Source: Ophelia neglecta
Lineage: Eukaryota
Assembly: GCA_965285935.1 (NCBI GenBank)
Contig: OZ260664.1
Span: 65,844,001 to 65,908,000 of the forward strand
Direction: 5' to 3'
DNA: 64,000 bases
The notes beneath the pieces are model-generated. The model did not search any database and was not told the DNA's origin. It saw only the letters and a list, made by a program, of their open reading frames with translations. Positions 23,800 to 36,522 of this stretch are shown one piece after another. The position numbers were made by a program, and so were the translations under genes. Position 1 is the first letter of the stretch, and every line of letters starts with the position of its first letter.

Positions 23800-26273
23800 A
23801 TGAGACAAGCAGTACCAAATGAAAATTAGATAGGTGTCATGGGTATATATCTGATAAAGTATCAACAGCATAATATTATGCATATATCTATAAGAAAAGG
23901 TTGTCTCTTAAAGAACAGCAAATTTCAGTTCTCTAAGAGTGTCTTGCTGCTAAGGTACGAAAGACTTGCATTTTATGCTGCTTCCAAATATTGTTCAGTA
24001 TTATAATTTAGGAGAACAAGGGTAACATATAATTTGTAAATGTTTGCAATCATTTTGCTTGACTATTTGTTGGCTATTTATTTGTTGTTGTTAATATTGA
24101 ATAGTGGATGGGTCAATATTTGTATAGTTTCAATTAGTTGTCATGAACTCTTGGGGGCTGGTTGTTACAAATTCATTTGTGTATGTTGCTCAGTTCACAT
24201 AACAAACATATCGATATGCCCTCTGCAGGTGAAAATTCCCCAGTAAACATGCCTACTATACCTTCTCATAGGTTCAGGGCACACGTTTCTGAATTTTTGC
24301 ATAAAATTTGTAAAAGTCACCATCTGATATACCTATATGATGTGTAAACTTACGTTAATAAATTGGTAATATTGATGCTATTTATTTACTGAATGAATTT
24401 TAATCTCCTTGTCTTGAGTGCTATTCTGTAAAACATTAATGCATTGGTTTTTCAATTTATTTGTATTGTTTCGATCAGGGTTTACACTACTTGTTCGAAA
24501 ATGTTGTCCATTGTTTAATGGCATGAAATTTTGGGGTCCCAGGGACCATTTATAGGCATTATTTAGTTGCCTTGATAATAATTTGTAAATGAACATTTAA
24601 ACTGTCATAATATAAATGTTCTTACATTTAAAATGTTATGTTCATGCATTTACTGAATAATTGCTTAGAACTTGCCGTCTTGATGGGATTTTAATTTTGT
24701 TTCTAGATATGTATCTGGCATGTCATTATGATCTCTTTTTTTTTTGTCTATTTTTGCTACTATATATAATAGGTTAAGGAGCCCGTAGGACCACTATATA
24801 TAATAGTGCCTTAGGTCTTATGGACCAGTATGGTGAATACTACTGAACCCAGTGTTGCTGTATGGTATATTATTTTGCATTTAATTTATTCAATAAACTT
24901 CAATTATAAATTGTACACAGAATAGTCATATATAGTGTTTTCTTTGACTTGAAGCGCCAAGTCTCAGACTTGTCGATGTAGTAACAAGACTGGACCATAA
25001 ACCATGTTAACATCTCCTGAATATGCGTATACGATCAAGTGAAAATAATTTAGACCTATAGAAATATGCATGAAAGTTTATTTCTAATTTATCCAGGATT
25101 GATTTTTCGGAAATGACTATTCTGTATCCCTTTTTTATAACGTGTATGTATAGGCCTATGGTGTCATTCTTCCATGTGAAACGGAAGAGCATTAATGATT
25201 AATAGGGTTGGTTCTTTTAATTCTGCCATGATATATCCATTTTATGATGTCATCGTATCTGGTGTTTTATATAACCTAAATTCCTGTGCGTTTTGATATT
25301 AAACGTTCATTGTATATAACGGGGACTGGATACCTGGCAGACAAATTTACTAGGCCTACTTATATAGCGCTAAGCGCGCTGAACTGCTTAGCGCTGAACT
25401 TTTTGTGGGGCTCCGTTGCTGGCTTGCCAGCCAGGGCTTTGTCGGAAACATGCATTAACCACTGTCTAACTGGGGGTTTTCCGCCAAAATAACAAATAAG
25501 GATATAGATCAGACTGACCATATGAGATACGGAAGAGCTTCTACGGCTAAGACAAATGGTACATGACGATACTCCGGGCATTCTTCCCAGCCCATTAACA
25601 CACTTATGTTCCCGAGTGTCCATTGCCTAATATGCGCAGTAATTCGTTATTTCAATCATAAATCGTGCATCTCAAAATATTGTTTGGCAAAATAAATGGA
25701 AGGTTGACAATACAAATGGCTTATGCAATGGCTCATCTCTCACCTTCAATGTTAAAGGGTGATTGCTTAGACTGTTGAGAGATGTGGGAAATTGCCCGCA
25801 GATTCATACTTCTGAGTTTGGTTAAATCTGGCTAATATTTTGCAGCTGCATGCGGGTATGCCTGTATGGATAGCTTACATGTCTCGATTTAAGCAAGGCT
25901 TGTGTTCAACAGCATATGCCTCTATTAAAATGTGTCACTATCAACCTCATTGGATAAATAGACACTTGTTATAGCTACCTATTATCCGATTTGCCTTGTG
26001 TGAAGTTTAAGCCTACAACTTTGATCAGTTACTTATTTTGCAAAATTTACTGTAAATTATAGAAAAAGTGAGTTTTGCATGATATTATAAAATACTGCGT
26101 AGCAAGCCATTTACGTTTAGGTGACTATCATTGTTCAGTGCAGGATTAAAATTCATAGCACCTTGCAATATAATTAGTGGAAAAATTGAAACTTGCATGC
26201 GGGTTGTAGTAGCGAAGGCTTGGAAGTGACAGACGAATGTTTGCGAAACCCTAAGATTGTTCGCATTGGTAAC

Positions 26274-29200
26274 ATGAATGACTGCACAAAAGTTAAAGAT
26301 GATTGTGTTGACGAGGAAAAGTGTACACAAGTGGAAAAGGAAAGAGACAACACTGGGGACGTAGCAGACGGAGGCTGGGGCTGGATGTGTGCCCTCGGGG
26401 GGTTCATCATCTCCGTCATAGCCGGCATTGCCACGCAGTGTTTCTCCATATTATTTCTAGAATTCCAGCAGCGTTTTGACTCGACCGCGGCTGCCACAGC
26501 CTGGGTATACTCCTGTAGCATGGCCACCTGCATGCTCGTCGGTGAGATCCTATTCATCTGTTAAATTGTCTTCTTTCCTTTAAAATAACATAATTTTTGT
26601 TGGCACATTTTTGTCCAAATGTGTATGCAGTCGTAATTTTTCAATTTCGTGTATAGCCTATTTATGGTTGGTCATATCTATTATTAAACATAGGATGTTT
26701 TTTTTCGTTATAACGCTGAGCCTTAAAATGACTAAAACATGAAACAAGTTCTTATAATTCTGAATAATGATCAAATTATCAAATTAAATGAATAGTTGAC
26801 ATAAAAACGAGCGCGTGGAATGTAGCTGGCAGTATTCAATAATCAGGCCAATTAGGTTTGTAAATATCATACATATTATATAACAAAAAAGTGATATGAT
26901 AAACGTGACTAGCAGTCTAGAAATAGTGGTAATGTATAAACAGAGTAATTATAGTATTTCAAAAAAAAATTAAGTATAAATAATAGGGTTTTTTTTGCAT
27001 TCGTAAATAAAAAACACAAAACAAAGAAATAATAAAAATGACGGAAAGCTTAGAAATATTGGCAATGATTGCACGAACAGATCTCAATTGTAATTCTTTG
27101 AGGTTTTCTTACCTTTGTGGTAAAACAACGCTTCTCTATTCTCACTTATGCTGAAACTGCTGTGGTGAGTATACTTTTATCCTTATAATGCTCCTAGATA
27201 ACATATTTACCTCTAGCTAAGGAGTCTTAACATAAACATTTTTGTCTATGCAGGCCCTTTCTGTGCTGTGCTTTGCCGGTTACTGACTTGTCGTGTAGTG
27301 ACCATGGTGGGGGGATTATTATGCTGCGCCGCATATATCGCCACAGGGTTCTGTCCTTCTCTCTGGGCCGTCTACCTCGTCTACGGAATCATTGCCGGTA
27401 AGTAGTTTCAAAGTATATATAAGCTATACATTCATGTACAAACCGACAAACGGGGACACAGCTATGCTACCGCGCATGACAATCCGGGACACTCTTCTCC
27501 AGCAGTGTTGCGGATGTTGTTTGTGGTTTCGTGTTGCGGACTCAAAGAGCATCATAAAAGGGAGCTTTAACCAAAGTATCGTATTTGACAATTGGTTTGA
27601 ATTAGATTTGTTACTGTATCATCACCAATGCCAACAACACCATAAGAGGGTCAACGGTCTACATAAATGATTTAAAGTACCCGTTAATTAACATTTATGT
27701 ATATAACTAGATATACTTATATACATTTATTGCTTCCAAGTATGAATAGGCACAATCTCACTGTCATGCTATTTTACACTCATTTGAGATCATATTTGAT
27801 TTTGTTTGACAAAAACATCCTATACTTTAAAATGATAAAGGTTTTTTTTTGTTCACAGGCGTGGGTGCTGGTATGGTTAATCTTCCACCTCTTATCGTGC
27901 TTAATGAATATTTCGATAAGAATCGTGGAAAGGCGACTGCAATGGTGCTGCTGGGCAGAGGTTTGGGCGCATTGGCCTTTGCTCCCACCCTGACCTATAT
28001 TTTCCATGAGTATGGCTTCACTGGTGCCATGACCATATTTGGTGGTATTGCGTTACACGCATGTGTTGCCGGAGCCCTCTTTAGGCCGGTAAGGAGCATG
28101 AAAGCGCTAGAAAGCCCCCCTAATATTCCTGATCCTCATCTCGAAATAAAGGAAGCTGAAATCACAGTGCCCAATGGTAAGGCTTATGAATTAGAAAATG
28201 TTTCAACACCAGGCTCTTGTGGTGACCACGAGGTGGAGAACGGATTTCATAAGCACTATTGTATTCAAGGTCCAAGTAGAGATAAAGACATGCCAAGGAG
28301 ATTTTTGTTCATTGATATGAAGATTAGAACCATGTCTAGACTTAGTTCTAGAATAGATTCAATGTTTCATTTTAGTCTGTTCAAAGACGGTAATTTCAGA
28401 GCTTATGGTCTTCTTGCTTTTGCTCTGTCGCTGAATCTAAGCGCAACCAACGTCTGCATAGCCAGTATTGCCAAGGAGCAAAAATTTTCCGAACGCCAGC
28501 GGGCCCTCCTGGTCTCCTTAATGGGCGGGGTAAGCCTCGTCTCCAGACCAATAGCAGGCATAATATATGACCTTAAGACAATAAGAAAACACAGATGTCA
28601 CCTGCTCTCGGTGCTAGGAGTCGGGGTATCCTTCTGCACCCTGTTTGCCCCGTTTGCTGGATCTGTGCCCGGAGTGTTTGTCACCTGGCTGATGCACGGG
28701 TTCATGTCCTCCTCCTTTACCACCCAGGAGACCGTGGCGCTGTCAGATCTGGTTGGCACCCACCGACAACCTGCCGCCTTAGGCTTAGGTGCTTGTATCA
28801 GGGGCATCGGCATTTTCATTGGACCGACATTCGGTGGTAAGTGAAACTAAATAAAGAAAAAACCCAAGAAAATTCCGCATGAGTTGTTTTCTGAACAAAC
28901 TTGCTTAGATTAAGATTTTATTCTACCGCAATGAATACACGATGACATACCCTTTGCATTAGGACTTCAAGAAATATATTTGATAAGTATTGATTAATAA
29001 TGAAAGTTAGAATCGTTGATTCACCGAGACTTGCTGGAAACTATACTTTTGTAAACAACAGAGGGTAGATTTAGATTTATTTTGTATTGCTAGCTTTTGC
29101 CGGGAAATATCCGTTGTACAACAACGAAAATGCGAATGCTATAACTGGTATTTTATATAATAACATAGGCTATATATGCCTATATAATATACTAGGGAAA

Positions 29201-29586
29201 AATGATCAAATTGAACAATTGCCTTTTAATTGTTCTTAAGGATTAGTGTCAATTAGGCATAATTACCATTATTACGTTTCGGGCAAAAAAATGAGACTGA
29301 AAAGACGCTGCGTGCTTTTATTCCTTCCATGCCTTTATATATTTTCAAATATGTTAATAATCGAATAAAAATAAATAAAATAGATTATGTTAATAATTAA
29401 AACAACAAATATTTCTTCGTCATTTCAGGATACCTACGAGACATATCTGGAAACTACGACGCAACTTTGTTTTTCATCGGAGGAAGTTTACTATTAGCGT
29501 CCGTTGTCTTTGAAATATATTTATTGTGTTGTGCAAAACACGAGAAAAGGACAAAATGCCAGAATATACATTCACAAACGAGATAA
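26274..29586 (+). CDS. Monocarboxylate transporter family (SLC16, MFS) protein, 4 coding exons, about 515 aa
   Basis: Exons 26274-26541, 27254-27397, 27859-28836 and 29429-29586, all joined in phase 1. Motifs DGGWGW, YFDKNRGKATA, GALFRP, a large central loop, and GPTFGGYLRDISGNY. Start placed at the first in-frame ATG; an upstream exon is possible. Confidence 0.9.
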
Positions 29587-30608
29587 TTAAAATTTTGTGA
29601 ACGCATAAATTTAAATATAACATTTAGGCCTAAGCACTTTGCAACTCGACATCCCGTGAAAAAGTTGCAAATATAAATACTACCACATAAATGAACAATC
29701 GAATATTTACATACACCAATGCCAAAAAATTCTTTCATGCATTGATGGTAAATTACTTATTTATTTGACCTTTCATTTGTTAGAAATAACAAAAAAATGG
29801 CACAATAATAATTAAATGTATGATACAAGGAGAAATTGTATTCTCGTGATTGAGCGACAAGCAACAAAGGCGACCATACACAATTTTTTTTTCGGCCTAT
29901 TAATTGGAGTAAGACAACACCTGTGGTCTCCAAGACGGAGTTTGTGGTGCTATCAAATCCCTTAAGGATGTAAGTTCACACTGAGAATAAGGCAGTGCAA
30001 TCTCCGTAATTTTGCTTAATACTTATTGTCATTAGACTGATTAGAAAATGGATTGTCGGTTCAAACAGAGGTTCTTGCAAAATTTTACCGAGTGCCTATC
30101 TTTGCTACGCCGTAAAATTACTTATCCCTGTTGGCCATAGCCACAATTCATTGACATTTTCCTTCATAGGCGCAATAGCAAAGTCGAGTGAATGAGGGAA
30201 CCGGGTGTAGCATTAGTAGGCCTAGCCTTAAGTAATTTTTGGTGTTTTTAAAATATTTCTTCGATATTACTTTTAATACTTTACAGGCCTAGCTATAAAT
30301 GCATATGTGCAGGAATAATGAAATTGGCGTTTAAAAACGTGAATTGGTCCTTTAATTTACACATTTCGGTTTTTGTCTTTAGTTATTTTTTTTAGAGAAT
30401 GGCTCAATACGTCCTTATTTATGAGAATGAAAAGAAACGATTGTGCGACATCTGTAATAACTTTACTCACAATGAAATATAAATATTAGTAATTAAGTAA
30501 AAGCCTTCGTATGCCCTTTCACCGCCTCCCTACCATATTAAGAATTGAATTATATACAGTGCAACGGGTACACCCAATGAAGTAGACAAGTGCTGGGGAT
30601 ATGTACTA

Positions 30609-30786
30609 CAGTGAAACCTGGAAATTAGGAACAGGCAAGGGACTGTTTTTAAATGCCCTGTTTTCTAAGGTGCCCCTAATTTTAAGGTTCTTTTACATAA
30701 AAAACGAAATGTTGGGTCCTAATGTGGCTGTCCCTAATTATCAGGTGACCCTAATTTCCAGGTGCCCTTTAGACCAGGTTTCACTG
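30609..30786. mobile_element. MITE, Tc1/mariner-pogo type
   Basis: TIRs CAGTGAAACCTGG / CCAGGTTTCACTG with TA on both sides, 178 bp. Confidence 0.85.
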
Positions 30787-31214
30787 TAGTATATTATGTT
30801 TTACGAAGGAACCCCGTTTATTTTTGTAGAATACATCCGATACAACTAAGAAACTTTATTGAGTATAACAAATTAGTATCAAATGTTTGGCCTAGAATGG
30901 TCTACCCTGCAGGCTTAAAAGTGAACCGCAGAAAGAGGGAAGTGGGGCTCATTGTGGTACCTTGGTCTAAGGTACTAACTGACCGCGGCCTTTGGCGATG
31001 TCCCCGAGAAACCAGTTCCACATTCTATTGACTAAATATAAATACAGGCGTGCGGGAAGTGACTAACTATTACGTAAGCCACTCTCCGAGCGGCTTACAG
31101 TGTACAACATGCTGCTGACCACCCACACTCCAAACGCACCCTTTGATCTGGGTATCAAATGTAATATTTCTCCCGTTAATATCATATTCAGACAAAAAAC
31201 GTTGAAATCGAAAC

Positions 31215-32470
31215 TGTGATGTTCAATTGGTGTATTATTAAGTTATCCTTCTTTTGCTAATAATGAAATTTAAGACACATCATTCCTGTTTCTGCTAGGA
31301 ACCATCGGATTTGAAGAAAGTTAGTAGGGGACTCGCTTGACTGACCCCCCTATTCAAGTATTTCTTTAGTCGCCTTGTCGTTGCTTTCTTCAAGTCACAT
31401 GCTTCCAGCAGGTGGGTGTATTTTGGTCTTTTTCGTTGAATAATGAGACTGCCTGTGTCATCCGAAGTAAAGGTTGTTCTCCAGAGGGGTATTTTGTATT
31501 TCATTAACTTTTTAAATCACTTCCCAGTTTACGCGAGTTGTAATGTTATTATTTAAGCACAGTTTCACTCAAGATTGTAGAATGCGTTCCGTACCCATGA
31601 GTGTGTATACATATATTGATGAGTTGGCACTTTATGCAAGAACCCCTGATGAAATTGAGAAACTGATTTACAGCCCTAACTTACTTGTCCCAAGGCCTAT
31701 TTCATAACAATAATTGAATATTGGGTTTTTTGACACATTTCGCTTTTATCTTCTCTAAATAATTCAGCAACATACGAATACCTTTTTGTAAACAATGCAC
31801 ACTGAACTGTCGTCGATAGTGTGTACGGATGGCCTAGACGGGTGTGATGTTCAATTGGTGTATTATTAAGTTATCCTTCTTTTGCTAATAATGAAATTTA
31901 AGACACATCATTCCTGTTTCTGCTAGGAACCATCGGATTTGAAGAAAGTTAGTAGGGGACTCGCTTGACTGACCCCCCTATTCAAGTATTTCTTTAGTCG
32001 CCTTGTCGTTGCTTTCTTCAAGTCACATGCTTCCAGCAGGTGGGTGTATTTTGGTCTTTTTCGTTGAATAATGAGACTGCCTGTGTCATCCGAAGTAAAG
32101 GTTGTTCTCCAGAGGGGTATTTTGTATTTCATTAACTTTTTAAATCACTTCCCAGTTTACGCGAGTTGTAATGTTATTATTTAAGCACAGTTTCACTCAA
32201 GATTGTAGAATGCGTTCCGTACCCATGAGTGTGTATACATATATTGATGAGTTGGCACTTTATGCAAGAACCCCTGATGAAATTGAGAAACTGATTTACA
32301 GCCCTAACTTACTTGTCCCAAGGCCTATTTCATAACAATAATTGAATATTGGGTTTTTTGACACATTTCGCTTTTATCTTCTCTAAATAATTCAGCAACA
32401 TACGAATACCTTTTTGTAAACAATGCACACTGAACTGTCGTCGATAGTGTGTACGGATGGCCTAGACGGG
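31215..32470. repeat. Tandem duplication, 2 x 628 bp
   Basis: 31215-31842 and 31843-32470 appear identical by eye; the ORF track shows identical ORFs at 31295 and 31923. Confidence 0.95.
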
Positions 32471-32835
32471 TCATCGAATGTAGGACAGCTCTCGTCAGGA
32501 AAAAAAAGTATCAGAATAAAAGTGTCAGAAAAAAAGGATCAGGATGTAAGGCATCAGGAAATAACTATCAATATGAAAACTACAAATTTAGCCAATGCCA
32601 GTTTTGTATGATTTTTTTCCTTCCGCTTTGTCAATGACTTGTCAAAAAACATACGTAAACCAACACATAAAAAATGCTGGCCCAACATCGGAATTAATGG
32701 TGCAAATTAGGTGATATTTTTTTCGTAGCACTTTTTCCAAATGCTTTTATTCCAAGGGAAAATTGACACTTTTTCGCTACTTTTTCCGGATACTTTTTCC
32801 GGATATTTTTTTCCGATACTTTCTATCCGTGCACC
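32450..32835. mobile_element. Degenerate foldback non-autonomous DNA element with subterminal AAAAAGTATC repeats
   Basis: GTGTACGGAT...AAAAAAAGTATCAG repeats on the left mirror GATACTTTTTCCG repeats...ATCCGTGCACC on the right. No clear TSD. Confidence 0.45.
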
Positions 32836-35800
32836 GGAGTCATCAGATTCTTCATAAATGGTTCTATTTAATGCATATAGATGTTTTGTTCCATCTATAG
32901 GTCCTTTTTTGGCATTTCGAGAGGGTTCCTTGGCTTAAATACAGCAGGAGACGACCTATAGTCAGCAGTCAAATATTTCGAGGAAAGTCTAAATTCTTTA
33001 AATTACAACTTTAACATTTTGAAATAAGTAAGAAGACAATTCTGCGGGAGGCTAGCAGACATACATTGGATAACTTGATACAGTTCGAGCTCACCGTAGG
33101 TAAGTGAAGTTAAACATGTATCTCAGTGTGTTTATTGTTTGTACAAATGATGCTGCTATGTTAACAGACAGTGACGCCTTTCCGATCGGAGGTTTGCATA
33201 GGAGGCCTACAACAATTTTTGAGAAGTGCAAAGAAAATATAATTCATTTCAATAGAAACTGTTTAGCACCATTTTGGGCTATCATTGACAAGTTATCGAT
33301 CGCGAAGTTTAGAAACTGATGCTGATGAGTATGGATGTAAATTGTACGAGATGAATATGTAAAGGTATGGGTTTCACTAATGTGTATAGACACCTTGTAC
33401 ATGTCAATACGCCTGGTAATTCAGTAAATTGCTGTTTCTAAAAAAAATGCTCAGTGTAGGCAAGAATCCATTTAGTCATTTGCTGTGCAAATTCGAACAC
33501 TGTATAAAGTTAAGACCACACACAATAATTGATGTTTCACCTGTAGACCTAGATGTTATTATATCTATTTGATATAATCAAATAGAAATAAAACATTATA
33601 TATATATATCAAAGTAGAATACTTCTAGGGTGGTGTGCTCTATTGGTGCAAATGATGGTTATATTTAACCCCAGTGCCTACACTGCTAAGAACCTTTAAA
33701 TTTGACAAAGTATTAGCGAACAAACATCTGTTCATGCTTGTAGAGTATTTAGAACCACAGCGGTTTAAGAGTGTTAATTTGAAGGGCCCTTTCATCCTGC
33801 TTGATGATTGTTTAACTGGGGTGGCAATCAGAGAATGCTTCCTCGTACGTGCTGTGTCATATCAAATTCAAGGGGGGGGGGGCGAATATTGTTCTGTCAA
33901 ACACCGAATTACAAGTTATTTTTACATTTGCCTACTTAGTAATCAGTATATTTCATCCAGAACATAATTATTTAAATGAAATACAATATTATTTTGTCAT
34001 GAAGACCTATATATATTAATTGGTCGGATCCGTGATGCCACACGTTAATTGCCATAATTATGACACTGGTCAATTCTTTTGCTTGGTCTGCTCAAGGTGT
34101 CTCTCCTGATTACGAATTCGCGATTATAATAGAATTTGTAGACTTGTCTGGATAAGCTGATAAAGAACTACATATGGGTACCATGCAAACCTGATTTATG
34201 TCATAAAAAGCCAATAACCAAAGGCGGCTGGTATATAAGTTCTATCCTAAAATAATTGTCTTCGAGTTTAATTGGGTTCATTTGGCACCTTGAGCCACGA
34301 CTTATCATAAAAGAGGAATAAACGTGTTTTCAAACTCCTAATTTATATTGTTTTATCGCTTAATGGATAAATTAATCGCGAGTTAAAAAATAATAATTAG
34401 GTCTATAATATATATAATAAAAGCTTGCTTTGTTTGCAGATATTTGAAAACAGTTGCACACTTTGTTGTTAGTTGTACATTAAATATGCTTTTTAGGTTG
34501 TAAATGATAATTATAAGTTGCCTGGGCAGGTTAAGGGAATGGTTTATACTGCAGGGTCAGTTTATTCCCTATCAAACATGCATTTGCCTCAAACTCAAGG
34601 GCCGGCCTCAACTTAGTTTAGAATTGAATTGCGTCATTGACAAGGAGCTTAACCTGAGCAGGAGACATATTCAGACGGTGAGAACCAAGTTTATTTGACT
34701 TGTGCTACAATGGACACTAACGTTACTCGAGCGCCACTATGTAAACACGGCTAAAGCGCTTTAAGGCTACTTTCCAAAATTAATCTCCAATATGTGGTGT
34801 AGACCTGGAAAGAAAAGAAACTGTCTCTGAATTACATAAGTGTGCCACTGTACAATAGAAAGGAACAATTCGTTATATGTTGCAAAGTATATGAACATTA
34901 AGGTTCCTATTAATTAGAAAATTCCTTTAGAATTATAAATTATAGAACCATCTTGAATTTGCCATGATATGATTATATTGTAGGCCAGTGACTTGTATAT
35001 AAAATTATTCTTAGTTTGGGCGTTATTCAAGCAGGTTATAAGAAAAGAGGAGAAGTGCTTGGCATTTTTACCAACACCCTTCTACAGGCCTAGCTACACT
35101 CTTAAATGTCCTAAACCTGTCATTCATTCATTATTTTAATACTTTTCCTATACTTGTTCACGAATAATAGTTGCATGCACGATATAACTTGAGGAGGCCG
35201 AAGACTAATTCCTATCAAAAAAGGCTAACGGCAATCGCATTGTACAGAAACAAAGTACTTGTTGTCCGTCTCATTGACCACTGAGCTGCCTTTAAGAATT
35301 ACACCGCTGCAAGAAAAGCTGGTATTCACGAGTAAATAAACAACATAGTATGAAACTATCCAACCAGAGGAGGGGGACTTGACCAAACCACAGAATTTTC
35401 CTTACCGGTGGCCTCCTGTTCAGTGTTAGCAATGTGGTCACATGGGATTTATGTATAAAAGGCTAGACTCGATAAGCAAGGACTTTTGAAGTGTAAGGGC
35501 TTATGGAATAGCGTAGTTGACATAATTAACCTAGATAAATAAAAGCTCACATACATTAAATATTACAGCTGTCTATGAGTTTGTGAAAGATTAATCTGTG
35601 GACTGGTTTTCAGATAAAACTTTACTACAGCATATGGCTCAAAGTTTAGGTCTTCGTTTCTATGTCTTCATGGGTGAATTATAACCTGTTGTGCTTATAG
35701 ACCGCCATAGTTTCGGCTGAGACGAAAAGTGTCCATAGACAAATTAAATGAGCGAATCTTTAAAAAGTAATGACATAAACATTAACGACGCCTATAGTTT

Positions 35801-36042
35801 TTGGGAAAGCCATAATAACGAAACAGATTTTGGGTTTCAGGCAACCTGAAATACATCGCGATAAGGTGGGTAATATTGCTTATTGCGGCAATACATCTCC
35901 TGTATTTATAGTTCGATGTTTAACTTAGGTGAGTTAACAATGGATTATGTGATAATAGTAAATCTAGCTTATTTACATGCTAGTTTCCTGTGTACGTTTT
36001 TGAAGGAATTGACCTAAATATTTCTTATTTGTAATTTGACTG

Positions 36043-36522
36043 GTTGCCACGGTTACTGAAGAATGTCTATTTACGTCGCCATTTTTACATCTAGAATTGT
36101 GTATCGCTTTGTTTTTTAGATTCAAATAAAAATTTAATAGAGTAAGCATTAATACCCAGTCAACCTTAATATTCGAAAAATGTTTTACCTAAAGTTTTCA
36201 GAAGATTCCAAGACTATCCATTCTTCGTCAAGCAAATTTTGTCTGAAACTTTCACTAAATTACATTTTCGTCCAATATGTCTCATGCTGTATACTGTATA
36301 GAAACAAATGGAGGGATTAGCTGAAAAACACTTGAAGGCACATCTTCACTTAAAAGGATCATATTATACAGAACCATTAAAACTGGCCCAAATGCCCAGG
36401 ATATGATTGAAATTATATGTTGCCAAATGGCAATAGGCGTAGTTGCCATAGGAACGGCCATCGACATTTTCAATTGTCATTGCACTTGCGACAATAGTTG
36501 AATAGTAGGTTGCCATGGAAAC
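36043..36522. promoter_or_regulatory. Cluster of RFX X-box-like motifs
   Basis: GTTGCCACGGTTAC (36043), GTTGCCAAATGGCAAT (36419), GTTGCCATAGGAAC (36442), GTTGCCATGGAAAC (36509). Confidence 0.35.

Noticed and set aside
31295-32132. Two identical 69-aa minus-strand ORFs
   Set aside because: A by-product of the 628-bp duplication, with no recognisable protein features.
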